A DNA stretch of 64,000 nt from Parcubacteria group bacterium (GCA_028286605.1 JAQBRE010000002.1:262011-326010); one strand, 5' to 3'; numbered from the stretch's first letter, positions 45,309 to 56,601 are shown. Notes: generated by a model not told the origin, from the sequence alone. Translations and numbers: made by a program.

Positions 45309-48300
45309 TTAATGCGCCCCTTCGTCTGAATCGAACTTCGCACGCACTGCTTTCCCTGGCCAGCGGTAATACAGCATTGGAATGAGCACGAGCGTAAGAA
45401 GGAGTGAGAAGGCGAGGCCGAACATGATGGCGACAGCGAGCGGACCGAAGAATGCAGAGGTGATGGCAAGCGGGACCATGCCGATGACCGTTACGACGGT
45501 CGTAAGAAGGATAGGGCGTAGTCGCGTAGACGCTGCTTCCACCACCACGTCTTCAAGCGAATGCGTCGGATTCTCACGATGGATGCGTGCGATGGAATCC
45601 ATCAGGATGATCGCGTGGTTGATGATCACGCCAGCTAAGGCGATGACGCCGAGCATCGACGTAAGCGATAGCGGTTGGCCCACGAGCAACAGACCAGCAA
45701 ACACGCCGACAAGCGAAAGAGGAATGATGAGCAGCAGATAGAACGAATGACGGAACGAGTTGAACTCAAGGATCAGGATACTGAGCATAAGCGCTGCGCC
45801 TGCGATAAGAGCGAAGATAAGCTCGACGAACGAATTCGTAACGTCTTGAGTCGCGCCGCCGAGGTCCATGGTGACGCCCGTGCCGATCATGGCCGGCGTG
45901 AATTTCTTCTGGAATTCTTTCGTCGCTTCGATAGCATTCGTCTTGCCGCTTACGTCTGCGGTAACGGTCGTGATGCGGTTGCCGTCCTGATGATTGATAG
46001 AGGATTGTGCAGCCTCATAGGAGATAGTCGCGATAGTGGAAAGGGGAACAGGGCCGTGTGCGCCTGGTACCGTAAGCGCACGGACGGAATCGATCGTCGT
46101 ATTCGTTGTCTGCGACGGATCCGCATAGTTCGGATTCAGATCGAGCTTGGTGTGTACTTCGATGTCGTCCTTACCGGCACGTATCGAAGTTGCTTTCTCG
46201 CTGAAGAGTGCAGTACGAAGCGTGTCGGCAACGACCGTCGGCGAGACGCCGAGCTGCGTTGCTTTGTCGCTGTCGAGCGTCACGACGAACTCCGCACTGG
46301 AATTCTCGGTGCTTGAATGAATGTTCACCACACCAGGAATAGAGGCGAGCGTATGCGCAGCGTTGTCTGCTGTCGTTGAAAGCGCATCAAGATCCTGGCC
46401 CGAGAACGTGATGGTGATGGGAGAAGCTGAAGGCGGGCCGCCTGCCGGTTCGCCAACCGTGATTGTCGCGGAGGTTATCGGTGCGAGCTGCGCGCGAAGT
46501 TCCGTTACCAGTTGCGCACTTGTCTGCTTGTGATTCTTCGGAAGATTGACCGTGATGTTTCCTACGTTGCTGCCTGAAGAAGGACCGGTAAGGCCGCCGC
46601 CTGCGAACGAGCTGCCTGCGCCTGCTTCGCTTACGAATGAAGCGACATGGGGATTCGCATACAGCACTTCCTCTACCTGGCGCACGGCAAGATCGGTTTC
46701 ATCGAGATCCGTACCCTGCGGCTTCTCAACCTGTACATATATATAATCGGAATCAGCACTCGGGAAGAAAATCGATTTCACGACACCGGTAAGCGGAAGC
46801 GCGAGCGCGACAAAGAACAGCACGACCATGCCTATAAGGAAGAAGTTCTGATTTCGCTTGTTGTTAAGCAGATGATGCAGGAAGTTCTGATACCACGCCT
46901 TTGCTTTGATGTTGTATCGCTCCTGCCACTCCTGAGACTTCGAATGCTCATCCTTCACGAACATGATCGCGAGCAGCGGCACGAAGCCGAGCGCGACGAA
47001 GATAGAAGCGAGCAACACGAAGATTATCGTGAACGGTATCGCGCCGAGGAATTTTCCGATGATACCGGAAAGAAAGAAGAGCGGCACGAAGACGACGATC
47101 GTCGTAAACGTTCCGGCAATGAGGGGCCATGCGTATTCACGGATTGCTGCGATAGCTGCTTCTTGTTTATCGCCGTATTTGAGTAATCGGGTATGGAATG
47201 CTTCCACCACGACGATGCCGGAATCCACGAGAATACCTATCGCAAGGATAAGCGCGAAGAGTGAGACTTCGTTCAGCGTATTGCCTGAAGCGAGCAAGCC
47301 GATGAATGCAACGAGGAAGGAAAGGGGAATCGATGCCGCAGCAACGAGCGATTCGCGCCAGCCGAGCGTAAGCAGCAGGATGATCATCACGAGGATGACG
47401 GTCTCGATACCTGCGCGCGAAAGCTCGACGAGGCTCTTGTTCACTTCGTCCGCGCCGTTGTATGAAACGACCGTCTCGGTTCCGGCAAGCGTCGTACCCT
47501 GCAGGCTTGCGAGTTCCTTCTGCACTGCTTGGGCCGTGGCGACGATATTGCCGCCACGTGCCTTGAAGACGCTCAGCGTGAGCGAAGGGTTCGCCGGCTT
47601 TCCGCTCACTGATACGCGCGAATAGGTAGTCGGGTCTTCAAGGCCGTCTACGACGTCAGCGACATCGCGTACGTGCAGCGCGATACCGCCAGGGCCGGTG
47701 ATAGCGACGTTCGCGACCTGATCGGTAGTCGTAATACCGGATTCGAACCGTACTGCATAATTCACGCCGTCTACGGTGATGTCGCCCGCAGGGGATGCAA
47801 CGCCGGCGGTACGGATAGCGTTCGTAACATCAGAAAGAGAAAGCCCATATTGCTGAAGTGCTGCCTGCTTCGCGATGACCTGTACCTGCCGTGCGCGTAC
47901 GCCGGAAACCTGCACGCTTGAAACGCCCGGTACGCGCTTCACGTCATCGGAAACCGTTCCACCAAGCGCGGTAAGTTCTTCCGGCGAAAGATTGCCTGAT
48001 ATAGAGACGATAAGGATCGGCGAGTCGGCGAAGTTTACGTCGGAGACGGTCGGTGTCGTTGCTTCTGTGGGCAAGTCCGGTTGCACTTTCGTAACGGCAT
48101 CCTTAAGGAGCTGGATAGACTTATCGATATTCGCGCTCGAATCGAATTCGACGGAAACGGAAGAGAAGCCATCGCCCGAGGTAGAAGTAACTTTCGAAAC
48201 ATGCGCCACGCCGAGCACGCCGTCTTCGATCTTGTCTGTAACGAGACGTTCAACGTCTGCAGATGATGCGCCGGGAAGTGCGGTCGTAATAACGCCGAGC

Positions 48301-48431
48301 GGTATGGAAATATCTGGTGTCGATTCCTTCGGAATCGACACCACGGCATAGAGACCCGCCGCAAGCAGCACGATCATCAGAAATACGGTGAAATGTTCTT
48401 TCTTAAGGAAGAAGCTCCAGAATTTTGTCAT
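45309..48431 (-). CDS. RND efflux permease (AcrB/AcrD/AcrF family)
   Basis: 1040 aa; GILVDSGIVVVE, RLRPILLTT. Confidence 0.95.
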   Translation of the reverse strand: MTKFWSFFLKKEHFTVFLMIVLLAAGLYAVVSIPKESTPDISIPLGVITTALPGASSADVERLVTDKIEDGVLGVAHVSKVTSTSGDGFSSVSVEFDSSANIDKSIQLLKDAVTKVQPDLPTEATTPTVSDVNFADSPILIVSISGNLSPEELTALGGTVSDDVKRVPGVSSVQVSGVRARQVQVIAKQAALQQYGLSLSDVTNAIRTAGVASPAGDITVDGVNYAVRFESGITTTDQVANVAITGPGGIALHVRDVADVVDGLEDPTTYSRVSVSGKPANPSLTLSVFKARGGNIVATAQAVQKELASLQGTTLAGTETVVSYNGADEVNKSLVELSRAGIETVILVMIILLLTLGWRESLVAAASIPLSFLVAFIGLLASGNTLNEVSLFALILAIGILVDSGIVVVEAFHTRLLKYGDKQEAAIAAIREYAWPLIAGTFTTIVVFVPLFFLSGIIGKFLGAIPFTIIFVLLASIFVALGFVPLLAIMFVKDEHSKSQEWQERYNIKAKAWYQNFLHHLLNNKRNQNFFLIGMVVLFFVALALPLTGVVKSIFFPSADSDYIYVQVEKPQGTDLDETDLAVRQVEEVLYANPHVASFVSEAGAGSSFAGGGLTGPSSGSNVGNITVNLPKNHKQTSAQLVTELRAQLAPITSATITVGEPAGGPPSASPITITFSGQDLDALSTTADNAAHTLASIPGVVNIHSSTENSSAEFVVTLDSDKATQLGVSPTVVADTLRTALFSEKATSIRAGKDDIEVHTKLDLNPNYADPSQTTNTTIDSVRALTVPGAHGPVPLSTIATISYEAAQSSINHQDGNRITTVTADVSGKTNAIEATKEFQKKFTPAMIGTGVTMDLGGATQDVTNSFVELIFALIAGAALMLSILILEFNSFRHSFYLLLIIPLSLVGVFAGLLLVGQPLSLTSMLGVIALAGVIINHAIILMDSIARIHRENPTHSLEDVVVEAASTRLRPILLTTVVTVIGMVPLAITSAFFGPLAVAIMFGLAFSLLLTLVLIPMLYYRWPGKAVRAKFDSDEGAH

Positions 48432-48436
48432 GCTCT

Positions 48437-50002
48437 TTATATACTAGCCTGCGTGCTCGTTGAAACCTGCACTTTTTCACCTTCAGAAAGGCCGCGCGCG
48501 TCAGTAACGATCATAAGGTCTGGCGTAATGCCGTTCGTTATCTCGATACGATCGCTAATGACGTTTCCGATCTTCACGATGTGCGCAACGAGCAGGTCGT
48601 TCCCGTCTACCGTGAAGACGACGCTCTGATTCGCTGAAAGCTTAACGGCTGCGAGCGGAAGAAGTATCGGCGATGCAGCGGATGTGGTACTCGTGGCCAC
48701 CGTAGATTTTGATGGCAGCGCGCTCGCGAATCCGATACGTACGCTCTGACCGTTCTCAAGATTAGTCGCTCCGCTTACAGCGATATCAACTTCTATCTGT
48801 TTGGTCGTAGGATCAAGCGCCGGTGCGATCGTCGTGATGATTCCGTCATAGGAATCATTGATGCGCACTTTCATGCCGGTCGTGATATTCGCGCGATCAT
48901 CTTGTGAAATGAAGGCGACGATCTCAAGCGAACCGTTATTCGCCACCGTTGCTACATGCATGAGCTGCGTTACGTAATCACCTACATGGATAGGAAGGAA
49001 GTTCACCGTGCCGCCGATAGGAGCGCGTACGACTGTCTTCTCAAGATTCGCTTGTGCGAGGCGAAGAGAACCGAGCGCAGATTTCACATTCGCATCAACG
49101 CTCGCCGTTGAAGAGGTGCTTTTTGCACGATACGCAGCGCGTGCGCTGGAAACCGCAGCGAGCTGAGCATTGATGCTCGCACGTGCGGAAGCTAAGGCTG
49201 CATTCTGCGCAGGCGTTACATGCGAATCAGCTTCGCCAGAAATGGCAGCGATCTGATCGAGCAAGCTGCTTACCGATTGCAGATCACTCTGCGATTCGTT
49301 AAGAAGGTCATCAACGGAACGCGTATTCGCGCTCGCGATATTCGCGCTGCGCTGCGTCATCGTTTCATCAAGCTGCTGACGATGCGTCTCGATATCGCTG
49401 GCGGTTGGCTTAAGCACGAATTGCGGACCGAATGGCGTGGGATTACCGAAGAAAAGATCTACCTGCGTCGTGAGCGTTGAATCAATAGCAGCGATCGTTG
49501 ATTTGTAAGCATTACGCGCATCGGTGTCTGCATCTTGGGGTGAAACAGCGGCGCCAGCGGCGATAGCTGCATCATAGGCGCCCTGCGCCTGCAGTACCTG
49601 TGCGCGCTCGGTGTCATTATTAAGTTCAGCGATAACGAATCCCGCCGGAACGACACTGCCGAGCTGGGCATGTACCGCTTCAACGGTGCCGCCGGCCTGA
49701 GCAAGGAGATTTGCTTCAGAAACGGAACGAACATTACCGACCACGCTTACAGAATCGCCGCCGCCCTCAAGACTGTTTACGGATTGCACCGTTACCGTGC
49801 GGAGCTGATCGGCAGTCGTGGCAGTACCTCCCGAACGGGCAAGCACGACGCCACCGACCACGAGCGCAGCGATGACTGCAACGATCGTTACCTGCTGCCA
49901 GCGCTTACGTGCCTTGAACCATACCCATATACGCTTCGAGCCAGTGCGGATATTCGTACCGAGTTTCTTCGTCCAGGAGATAATAGGTTTCATTACCTTC
50001 AC
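48437..50002 (-). CDS. RND periplasmic adaptor subunit
   Basis: TM, coiled coil, VRAPIGG; upstream of the RND permease. Confidence 0.88.
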   Translation of the reverse strand: MKVMKPIISWTKKLGTNIRTGSKRIWVWFKARKRWQQVTIVAVIAALVVGGVVLARSGGTATTADQLRTVTVQSVNSLEGGGDSVSVVGNVRSVSEANLLAQAGGTVEAVHAQLGSVVPAGFVIAELNNDTERAQVLQAQGAYDAAIAAGAAVSPQDADTDARNAYKSTIAAIDSTLTTQVDLFFGNPTPFGPQFVLKPTASDIETHRQQLDETMTQRSANIASANTRSVDDLLNESQSDLQSVSSLLDQIAAISGEADSHVTPAQNAALASARASINAQLAAVSSARAAYRAKSTSSTASVDANVKSALGSLRLAQANLEKTVVRAPIGGTVNFLPIHVGDYVTQLMHVATVANNGSLEIVAFISQDDRANITTGMKVRINDSYDGIITTIAPALDPTTKQIEVDIAVSGATNLENGQSVRIGFASALPSKSTVATSTTSAASPILLPLAAVKLSANQSVVFTVDGNDLLVAHIVKIGNVISDRIEITNGITPDLMIVTDARGLSEGEKVQVSTSTQASI

Positions 50003-50079
50003 TATAGATTGAAAACAGCTTGAGTCAATTGTTTATTGCTCATGCGCGCTTCATGAAAAGGGCGTACACTAATTCTTAT

Positions 50080-50988
50080 ATGAAGAATACTACCTATATA
50101 TGGACGGCGATTATTATACTCGTGCTGCTTATCGCTTCAGGCGCGTATGCTTACGTGCATATCAATAGCCTGAAACAGCAATTGAGCATGGCGAGCACGA
50201 CGCCGATGATGGCGGGTGCAGCGACGCAGTATTCCTGTTCGCAGGGAAGCCTTTCGGCTACCTTCGGTACATCAAGCGTGATGCTTATGCTTCCAAACGC
50301 GCGCATGCTGACGCTTCCGCAGGCTGTTTCTGGTTCTGGTTTTCGCTATGAAAGCGGCACGATCGTCTTCAATGGAAAGGGTAGTAGTGCGACTCTTACT
50401 GAAAACGGCACGGTTACCTATGGAAATTGTCTCGCGGGAACGAATGCAAGCACCGGTACGGCAGGCGACACGAATGCCGGCATGAAGACCTTCACAGACA
50501 GCAGTAACACTTTTAAGTTCACATATCCAGGCATGTTCGCGCTTACCGGTTCTGATGCGGGTTATACCAACGACTGGTCTGCAGGTTCCGCACAGCTCGG
50601 CTTGGTTCTTGCGCAGGTAACGATTCCTCAGTCCTTCGAGCCGAAGACGAACTTCGGTGATGCGAAGTTTACGGTGGGAACGAGTGCCGACCCTGCCGCA
50701 GTGAAGGGATGCCTCACTCAGGCGAACGGCAGTATGACGAAAGCTCCGGTAAACGTAACTATCAACGGTGTGAAGTATGCGAAGCTCACGTTCGGTGATG
50801 CAGGCGCAGGAAATCTGTACGACACGACCAGCTACCGCACGGTAAAGAATAATCAGTGCTACGCGATCGAATACACGATCCACTCTTCGCAATTCGCCAA
50901 TTATCCTGCAGGCTCCATCACCATGTTTGACCAAGCGAAGATACAGAGCACGCTCGATTCCATCGCGCAAAGCTTCAGCTTCCTCTAA
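50080..50988 (+). CDS. membrane-anchored protein with an MliC-like lysozyme-inhibitor domain
   Basis: YSC...LPQAVSGSGFRYE...FNGKG...C. Confidence 0.75.
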   Translation: MKNTTYIWTAIIILVLLIASGAYAYVHINSLKQQLSMASTTPMMAGAATQYSCSQGSLSATFGTSSVMLMLPNARMLTLPQAVSGSGFRYESGTIVFNGKGSSATLTENGTVTYGNCLAGTNASTGTAGDTNAGMKTFTDSSNTFKFTYPGMFALTGSDAGYTNDWSAGSAQLGLVLAQVTIPQSFEPKTNFGDAKFTVGTSADPAAVKGCLTQANGSMTKAPVNVTINGVKYAKLTFGDAGAGNLYDTTSYRTVKNNQCYAIEYTIHSSQFANYPAGSITMFDQAKIQSTLDSIAQSFSFL

Positions 50989-51038
50989 TCTTCATACCGG
51001 TTGTTCTTTAATGGGCAGGTTATCCCTAACCATCCCGT

Positions 51039-51578
51039 ATGAAGAAATTTACTGTTGGCATATTCGAGAATCGAGAGAATGCTGAAAAGGCGATTAACCG
51101 TGCACATAATGAGCTGAACATCCCGACCGATGATCTTTCATTCATCTATCGCAACAGCGACGGAGAGGTTAAGGAAGTGCATACGGGCGACATCGCCACT
51201 GATACGCCTGCTGAAGGTGCTGGTCGCGGCGCTGCTGTCGGTGCGACTATCGGTGCATTAGCTGGCCTTGCGACCGTCGCTGGCGTTATTCCTGTTATCG
51301 GTCCGCTGTTCGCCGCCGGCCCAATCGCGATCGCGCTGGGGCTTACGGGTGCCGTTGGCACGACGGCGGCTGCAGCTGCTACGGGCGCCATCGCCGGCGG
51401 CCTTATCGGTGCACTCGTGAACATGGGTGTGGGCGAAGAGAACGCGAAGCGCTATGCAGACCGCGTGCAATCCGGTGACGTACTCGTTTCTGCCTATGCG
51501 CAGGATGACATAGACGTACGCGCGCTCTTCCTTGATGCTGGTGCGCTCGAGACTGAAGGCTACGGACTCGCTGTATAA
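51039..51578 (+). CDS. general stress protein-like (Gly-zipper) membrane protein
   Basis: GIFENRENAEKA, IPVIGPLFAAGP, GGLIGALVNMG. Confidence 0.8.
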   Translation: MKKFTVGIFENRENAEKAINRAHNELNIPTDDLSFIYRNSDGEVKEVHTGDIATDTPAEGAGRGAAVGATIGALAGLATVAGVIPVIGPLFAAGPIAIALGLTGAVGTTAAAAATGAIAGGLIGALVNMGVGEENAKRYADRVQSGDVLVSAYAQDDIDVRALFLDAGALETEGYGLAV

Positions 51579-51813
51579 GATAGTACGTATCTTCATCATC
51601 AATTCACTACTCCTTATATAGGATGTGAAGGTATGAAATACCGAACGGCAAACCGACACAGCATACGTTTTATCCTTCGTCGCTTCACGCGCACGATTAA
51701 AGACGCTTTCACTGAAGCATTCGAAGACGTTACGGTTACCGCGTATCGCACATTCGCGTAATAAGAATAAAGGAACGCACGCAGGCCGCTTTGCATAATG
51801 CTAAAATGCATCT

Positions 51814-52833
51814 ATGCAAAGCGGCCTGCGTGCGTTCCTTGTACATATGCGAAAGAAGAACTGGAGGCGCATCGGTATCCGTGCGCTTCTTATCGTAATC
51901 GCACTTATCGTTACGAGCGGGCTCGTATACGCGCACATCTTCGGCCCTACGAATATCTATGGCCAAAGCACGCAATTCATCATTCCGGAGGGTGATACCG
52001 TTTCGCAGGTTGCGGACATGCTCAAAGCGCAAGGATTCGTGCGAAGCAGCGTCGCCTTCCAGATAGCGCTCATCGGTAAAGTGAGCTCACGCGGGATACG
52101 GCCCGGCGGGTATGAAATTTCTTCGAGCATGGACACGTGGACTATCGCGCAGACGCTCGCTGAACCGCCGTATCTAGTGTTCGTAACGTTTCCGCAAGGC
52201 TCGCGTAAAGAACAGATGGCAGATATTCTGGCTAACGCGCTTTTCTGGACTGATGCGCAGAAGAAAGAATGGCTGACCGTAGATACCGCAGCAACCGGCA
52301 CGCTTCCCGAAGGAGATTATTATCCGGACACCTATCTTATTCCTTCGGATCAATCACCCGCAGATGTCGCTGCGCGCTTGCGCGGCCGATTCACGGACAC
52401 GTTCGCTCCGTACATCGCTGAAACGAAGAAGAAAGGTCTCGATTGGAACAAAGTGCTTACGCTCGCGTCTATCGTTGAACGCGAGTCTGCAATAAACGAC
52501 CGCACGCTCGTTGCAGGAATTCTATGGAATCGCCTGAACGATGGTATGAAGCTGCAGGCAGATGCAACGCTGCAGTATGCGAAGGGAACAGAAGGGAATT
52601 GGTGGCCCGTGCCACACAGCGCAGACAAATACATCGATTCGCCGTACAACACCTATGAGCACACCGGGCTTCCGCCATATCCGATTGCGAACCCAAGCCC
52701 TGCATCGGTCGCTGCGGTCCTTGATCCGCAGGCTACGAACTGCATCTTCTACCTGCACGATAACGACCACGTGATTCATTGTTCTGCTACGTATGCAGGC
52801 CAGCAGCACAATGTTACGAAGTATTTAAAATAG
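51814..52833 (+). CDS. mltG: endolytic transglycosylase MltG
   Basis: LASIVERE, LQADATLQY, DSPYNTY..GLPP.PIANP. Confidence 0.93.
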   Translation: MQSGLRAFLVHMRKKNWRRIGIRALLIVIALIVTSGLVYAHIFGPTNIYGQSTQFIIPEGDTVSQVADMLKAQGFVRSSVAFQIALIGKVSSRGIRPGGYEISSSMDTWTIAQTLAEPPYLVFVTFPQGSRKEQMADILANALFWTDAQKKEWLTVDTAATGTLPEGDYYPDTYLIPSDQSPADVAARLRGRFTDTFAPYIAETKKKGLDWNKVLTLASIVERESAINDRTLVAGILWNRLNDGMKLQADATLQYAKGTEGNWWPVPHSADKYIDSPYNTYEHTGLPPYPIANPSPASVAAVLDPQATNCIFYLHDNDHVIHCSATYAGQQHNVTKYLK

Positions 52834-53493
52834 ATTCGAAAGAATAGAAGCGAGCGCAGAAGAAGTTATAACGGTGGCTCCCGAAGGGTTCGTAACTATG
52901 ACGATAGAGTCGTCATAGGCGAGCAGGGCAGCGCCGATGCCTTTTCGTACATTCACCTGCACAAGAACGCCGCGATGCTCCGCATCGCGGCTCTTCTCAT
53001 CTAGCCCCAGGTCATTCAAAAAATCCTTCGACGAAATTATAACCACGCACTTCTTCGAACGCGCATAGAACGCAAGATCGAACACGGCCTGCACGCTTTT
53101 CACATCTGCATACTGCATCACTTCGATTCCGCTACTCGCGGCAGGCGTTCGTGTCGCCAACTGCGAAATCAAACTTTGTACCGCATCTTCTTTTTCCATG
53201 AGCGCATTCTTCTGCTGTTCAATCCATCCAAGCAATCGTCCGGGCACTTCCATACGAAACGCGCTCTTGCCATCGCGATCGCGTTCCGCAACCAACCCTT
53301 TCTCGTTCAGCGTATGCAGCGCGTGATAAATGGTGGGACGCTTCACGCCAGTAGCCGTACCAATTTCCTGCACCGTAATCGAATCAAGAGTCTGGCCAGC
53401 CAGATATATGGATGCCTCAGTATCCGTTAGTCCGACCTCCTCCAACAGTTTCTGCAAGTCAGAGCTTGCGTCATTGGTATTACTTGCTTTCAT
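52825..53493 (-). CDS. TrmB-family transcriptional regulator
   Basis: GLTDTEASIY...VKRPTIYHALHTLNEKGLV. Confidence 0.85.
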   Translation of the reverse strand: MKASNTNDASSDLQKLLEEVGLTDTEASIYLAGQTLDSITVQEIGTATGVKRPTIYHALHTLNEKGLVAERDRDGKSAFRMEVPGRLLGWIEQQKNALMEKEDAVQSLISQLATRTPAASSGIEVMQYADVKSVQAVFDLAFYARSKKCVVIISSKDFLNDLGLDEKSRDAEHRGVLVQVNVRKGIGAALLAYDDSIVIVTNPSGATVITSSALASILSNLF

Positions 53494-53602
53494 AGTCGTA
53501 TTAATTATAACCCTTCGTTGACATTTACGGGAAAACTAATTGACAATAGCGAATATATATGCTATATATAGATCAGCCACAGCAATAAGGAGACATCTTC
53601 TA

Positions 53603-54001
53603 ATGCGCCTGTTCCTCACAACCATTCTCGCTGGTATTGCGCTCTCCGCGTCCGCCAGCGCCCAAGTAGTTCCGCCGATAATCATTGTCACGCCCATGCC
53701 TCTGGTCAGTGCTCCGAATCCGCGGCAAGTGCCAATTGAGGGTACTGACCTGATTGTGCGTTCCAGCACTGGGCTGACCTACGATCATCGCCAATACCTA
53801 CGTCACTTGAGCGCCAGTTGCCTCAAGCAGGTTGGGCACATGCAACCCGATCCTATCGGCCCATGGGATGGCGGCCAAGCACTGGACTTGTGTGTCCGGC
53901 TCGATTTCCGGCTCGCCGTGCAGATGCATGACCTTCCAGCTAATGTACATCTGGAAAAGGATCCTCACACGGTCTCGCCGCTTATGGTGAGACTTAAGTA
54001 A
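53603..54001 (+). CDS. secreted hypothetical protein
   Basis: TTGACA promoter at 53540, AAGGAG RBS, signal peptide ASA-Q, downstream hairpin. Confidence 0.7.
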   Translation: MRLFLTTILAGIALSASASAQVVPPIIIVTPMPLVSAPNPRQVPIEGTDLIVRSSTGLTYDHRQYLRHLSASCLKQVGHMQPDPIGPWDGGQALDLCVRLDFRLAVQMHDLPANVHLEKDPHTVSPLMVRLK

Positions 54002-54132
54002 GATTCGCTTTCTCCGCTCGCACCGCCCCTTCATCTGAAGGGGCGGTTTTCATTGACGCAAACGCCTTTTAAGGGTATTTTAGATATATCAGCCCGAGGG
54101 GCATTTTTATTTTATTCTATTGAATTAGCAGT

Positions 54133-55926
54133 ATGGAAATCCGAAACATCGCCATCATCGCTCACGTGGACCACGGCAAGACCACGCTTACTGACGCTCT
54201 TATGCGCCAGACTGGTGCCGTTGCCGAAGGCGTCTCGATGGACTCCAACTCGCTCGAGCAGGAACGCGGTATCACTATCTATTCGAAGAACACGTCTATC
54301 GAATACAAGGGTACGAAGATCAACATCGTCGATACCCCAGGACACGCGGATTTCGGCTCTGAAGTGGAGCGCGTGCTTCGCTCTATCGACTCCGTGCTAC
54401 TCGTCGTTGATGCGCAGGAAGGCCCGATGCCGCAGACGCGCTTCGTTCTTAAGAAGAGCCTTGAGCTCGGCATCAAGCCTATCGTCGTCCTGAACAAGAT
54501 CGACAAGGCTGCTGCGAATCCTGCACAGGCAGAAGAGCAGGTGCTTGAACTCTTCCTTGAGCTCGGCGCATCGGACGCACAGGCAGATTTCACGAGCGTA
54601 TACGCGATCGGCCGTGAAGGCGTCGCGATGAAGAAGCTTGAAGATCCTCGCGTGGACCTCACGCCGCTTCTGGACACCATCCTTGAACTCGTACCGCCAG
54701 CAACGAAGCCGGAAGATGTCGCGAAGCCTGCAAAGCTTCAGGCATTCAACCTCGCCTACGATAACTTCCTCGGCCGCCTCGCTATCTGCCGCATCTACGA
54801 AGGAAAGATTCATCCTAATGACACCGTAACGGTTAAGAAGCCAGATGGAACGAGCCGTACCGGCAAGATCACGAAGGTATTCACGTTCAAGGGTATCGAG
54901 CGCGTAGAGACTCAGGAAGCAGAAGCAGGCGACATCGTTATCGTTGCTGGTCTTCCGGACATTTTCATTGGAGAGACCATCACTATGGATGCGAACACGG
55001 AACCGCTTCCAGCAATCGCTATCGATGAGCCGACCATCACCGTTAACTTCCTCGTTAACAACTCGCCATTCGCAGGACGCGAAGGGAAGTATGTAACGAG
55101 CCGCCAGCTCCGCGAGTATCTCGAGCGCGAGCTCGAAGTGAACGTGGGACTTAAGATCGATTTCGTCTCGCCTGATTCCTTCCAGGTTTCCGGTCGTGGC
55201 GAATTGCATATCGCTATTCTCCTTGAGAACATGCGCCGCGCAGGGTACGAGCTTCAGGTCTCGCAGCCGCAGGTCATCATCCGCGAAGTGGATGGACACA
55301 AGATGGAGCCATTCGAGGAAGTCATCATCGATACGCCAAGCGCGTACCAGGGTGCCATCATCGAGCGCCTCGGCACGCGTGCATTCGTGATGCAGAACCT
55401 TACGCAGCATGACGATTCCGTTCGCCTTACGTTCGAAGGACCGACACGCGGACTCCTCGGCTATCGCAACCAGTTCGTTATCGACACGAAGGGCGAAGGC
55501 ATCCTTTCTTCCCGCGTCCTCGACTTCAAGCCGTTCGCAGGCGAGATCAAGAAGCGCCAGACGGGCTCGATGATCTCTATGGCAACCGGCAAGGCACTCG
55601 GCTATGCGCTGTGGGCTATGCAGGAGCGCGGCGTTCTCTACATCGTTCCGGCTACGGAAGTGTATGAAGGTATGGTCATGGGCAACACGAGCAAGGGCGA
55701 GGAAATGGTGGTGAACCCTACGAAGGGTAAGAACCTCACGAACGTCCGTTCTTCCGGTAACGACGAAGCGATCACGCTCGTCCCAGCCTACGAGCTCACC
55801 ATCGAGCGCGGCCTCGAAGTCATGGCTGAAGACGAATACCTTGAGATTACTCCGGTATCTGTTCGCCTCCGCAAGATGCACCTCACGGAAAGCGCCCGTT
55901 CGAAGAACAAAGGCAAGTCGGCTTAG
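54133..55926 (+). CDS. typA: translational GTPase TypA/BipA
   Basis: [27 protein letters not shown]. Confidence 0.97.
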   Translation: MEIRNIAIIAHVDHGKTTLTDALMRQTGAVAEGVSMDSNSLEQERGITIYSKNTSIEYKGTKINIVDTPGHADFGSEVERVLRSIDSVLLVVDAQEGPMPQTRFVLKKSLELGIKPIVVLNKIDKAAANPAQAEEQVLELFLELGASDAQADFTSVYAIGREGVAMKKLEDPRVDLTPLLDTILELVPPATKPEDVAKPAKLQAFNLAYDNFLGRLAICRIYEGKIHPNDTVTVKKPDGTSRTGKITKVFTFKGIERVETQEAEAGDIVIVAGLPDIFIGETITMDANTEPLPAIAIDEPTITVNFLVNNSPFAGREGKYVTSRQLREYLERELEVNVGLKIDFVSPDSFQVSGRGELHIAILLENMRRAGYELQVSQPQVIIREVDGHKMEPFEEVIIDTPSAYQGAIIERLGTRAFVMQNLTQHDDSVRLTFEGPTRGLLGYRNQFVIDTKGEGILSSRVLDFKPFAGEIKKRQTGSMISMATGKALGYALWAMQERGVLYIVPATEVYEGMVMGNTSKGEEMVVNPTKGKNLTNVRSSGNDEAITLVPAYELTIERGLEVMAEDEYLEITPVSVRLRKMHLTESARSKNKGKSA

Positions 55927-55991
55927 GTCCTCATCAATCCTTCAGCATTCCTAATGCATGATGCGCGTATTACTCACGTAACGCGCATTTC

Positions 55992-56141
55992 ATGCTATAT
56001 ACCATCGCTGTGATCTTGGTTGTGCTCTGGGCTATCGGACTCCTGACCGCGTACACGCTCGGTGGATTCATCCACCTGCTGCTCGTCGTCGCGATCATCC
56101 TGGTGCTCATCCGCATCATCCAGGGCAGAAAAGTAGTCTAG
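55992..56141 (+). CDS. lmo0937/DUF5670-like small membrane protein (not in the ORF track)
   Basis: MLYTIAVILVVLWAIGLLTAYTLGGFIHLLLVVAIILVLIRIIQGRKVV*. Confidence 0.85.
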   Translation: MLYTIAVILVVLWAIGLLTAYTLGGFIHLLLVVAIILVLIRIIQGRKVV

Positions 56142-56150
56142 TACTTGCAT

Positions 56151-56465
56151 ATGCCGCGCGGAGACAAATCGGCCTACACCGAAAAGCAGAAGCGACAGGC
56201 TGAACACATAGAAGAAGGCTACGAGAAGCGGGGAACATCTAAGAAGGTCGCAGAAGCTAGAGCCTGGGCAACGGTAAACAAGGAAGATCACGGAGGAAAG
56301 AAATCAGGCTCGGGGCACGGCACGAAGAAGGATACGAGTCCTTCAAAGAAGGGAGGCCGTATCGGCGGAAAGAAAGGCGGGGCAGCATCAGCTGCACGTC
56401 CTAAAGCAGCACGCGTTGCATCTGCAAAGAAAGCAGCGAAGACACGCAAGAAGAGGGGCTCGTAA
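56151..56465 (+). CDS. basic conserved protein ('plasmid stabilization'-type annotation)
   Basis: MPRGDKSAYTEKQKRQAEHIEEGY...AWATVNK. Confidence 0.85.
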   Translation: MPRGDKSAYTEKQKRQAEHIEEGYEKRGTSKKVAEARAWATVNKEDHGGKKSGSGHGTKKDTSPSKKGGRIGGKKGGAASAARPKAARVASAKKAAKTRKKRGS

Positions 56466-56474
56466 TCTAAAAAA

Positions 56475-56521
56475 GGACAAAACAAAGAATGACCGATATT
56501 CGGTCATTCTTTGTTTTGTCC
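56475..56521. terminator. perfect 22-bp inverted repeat between convergent genes
   Basis: GGACAAAACAAAGAATGACCGA-TAT-TCGGTCATTCTTTGTTTTGTCC. Confidence 0.7.
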
Positions 56522-56601
56522 GATCTGTTGTCTGCCTGCAATGTTTGATAAGAGTATATAAAGTAAAACCCGCCAGAGGTCCGAAGACATGGCGGGTCAT
56601 T

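Noticed and set aside
54397-55881. Long antisense ORFs (also 31405-32694, 25198-25998, 50272-50970, 13416-14144)
   Set aside because: Shadows of well-supported genes on the other strand caused by codon bias; no recognisable motifs.
56475-56521. MITE or transposon end
   Set aside because: Single copy with a 3-nt loop between convergent genes and no target duplication; best explained as a terminator.
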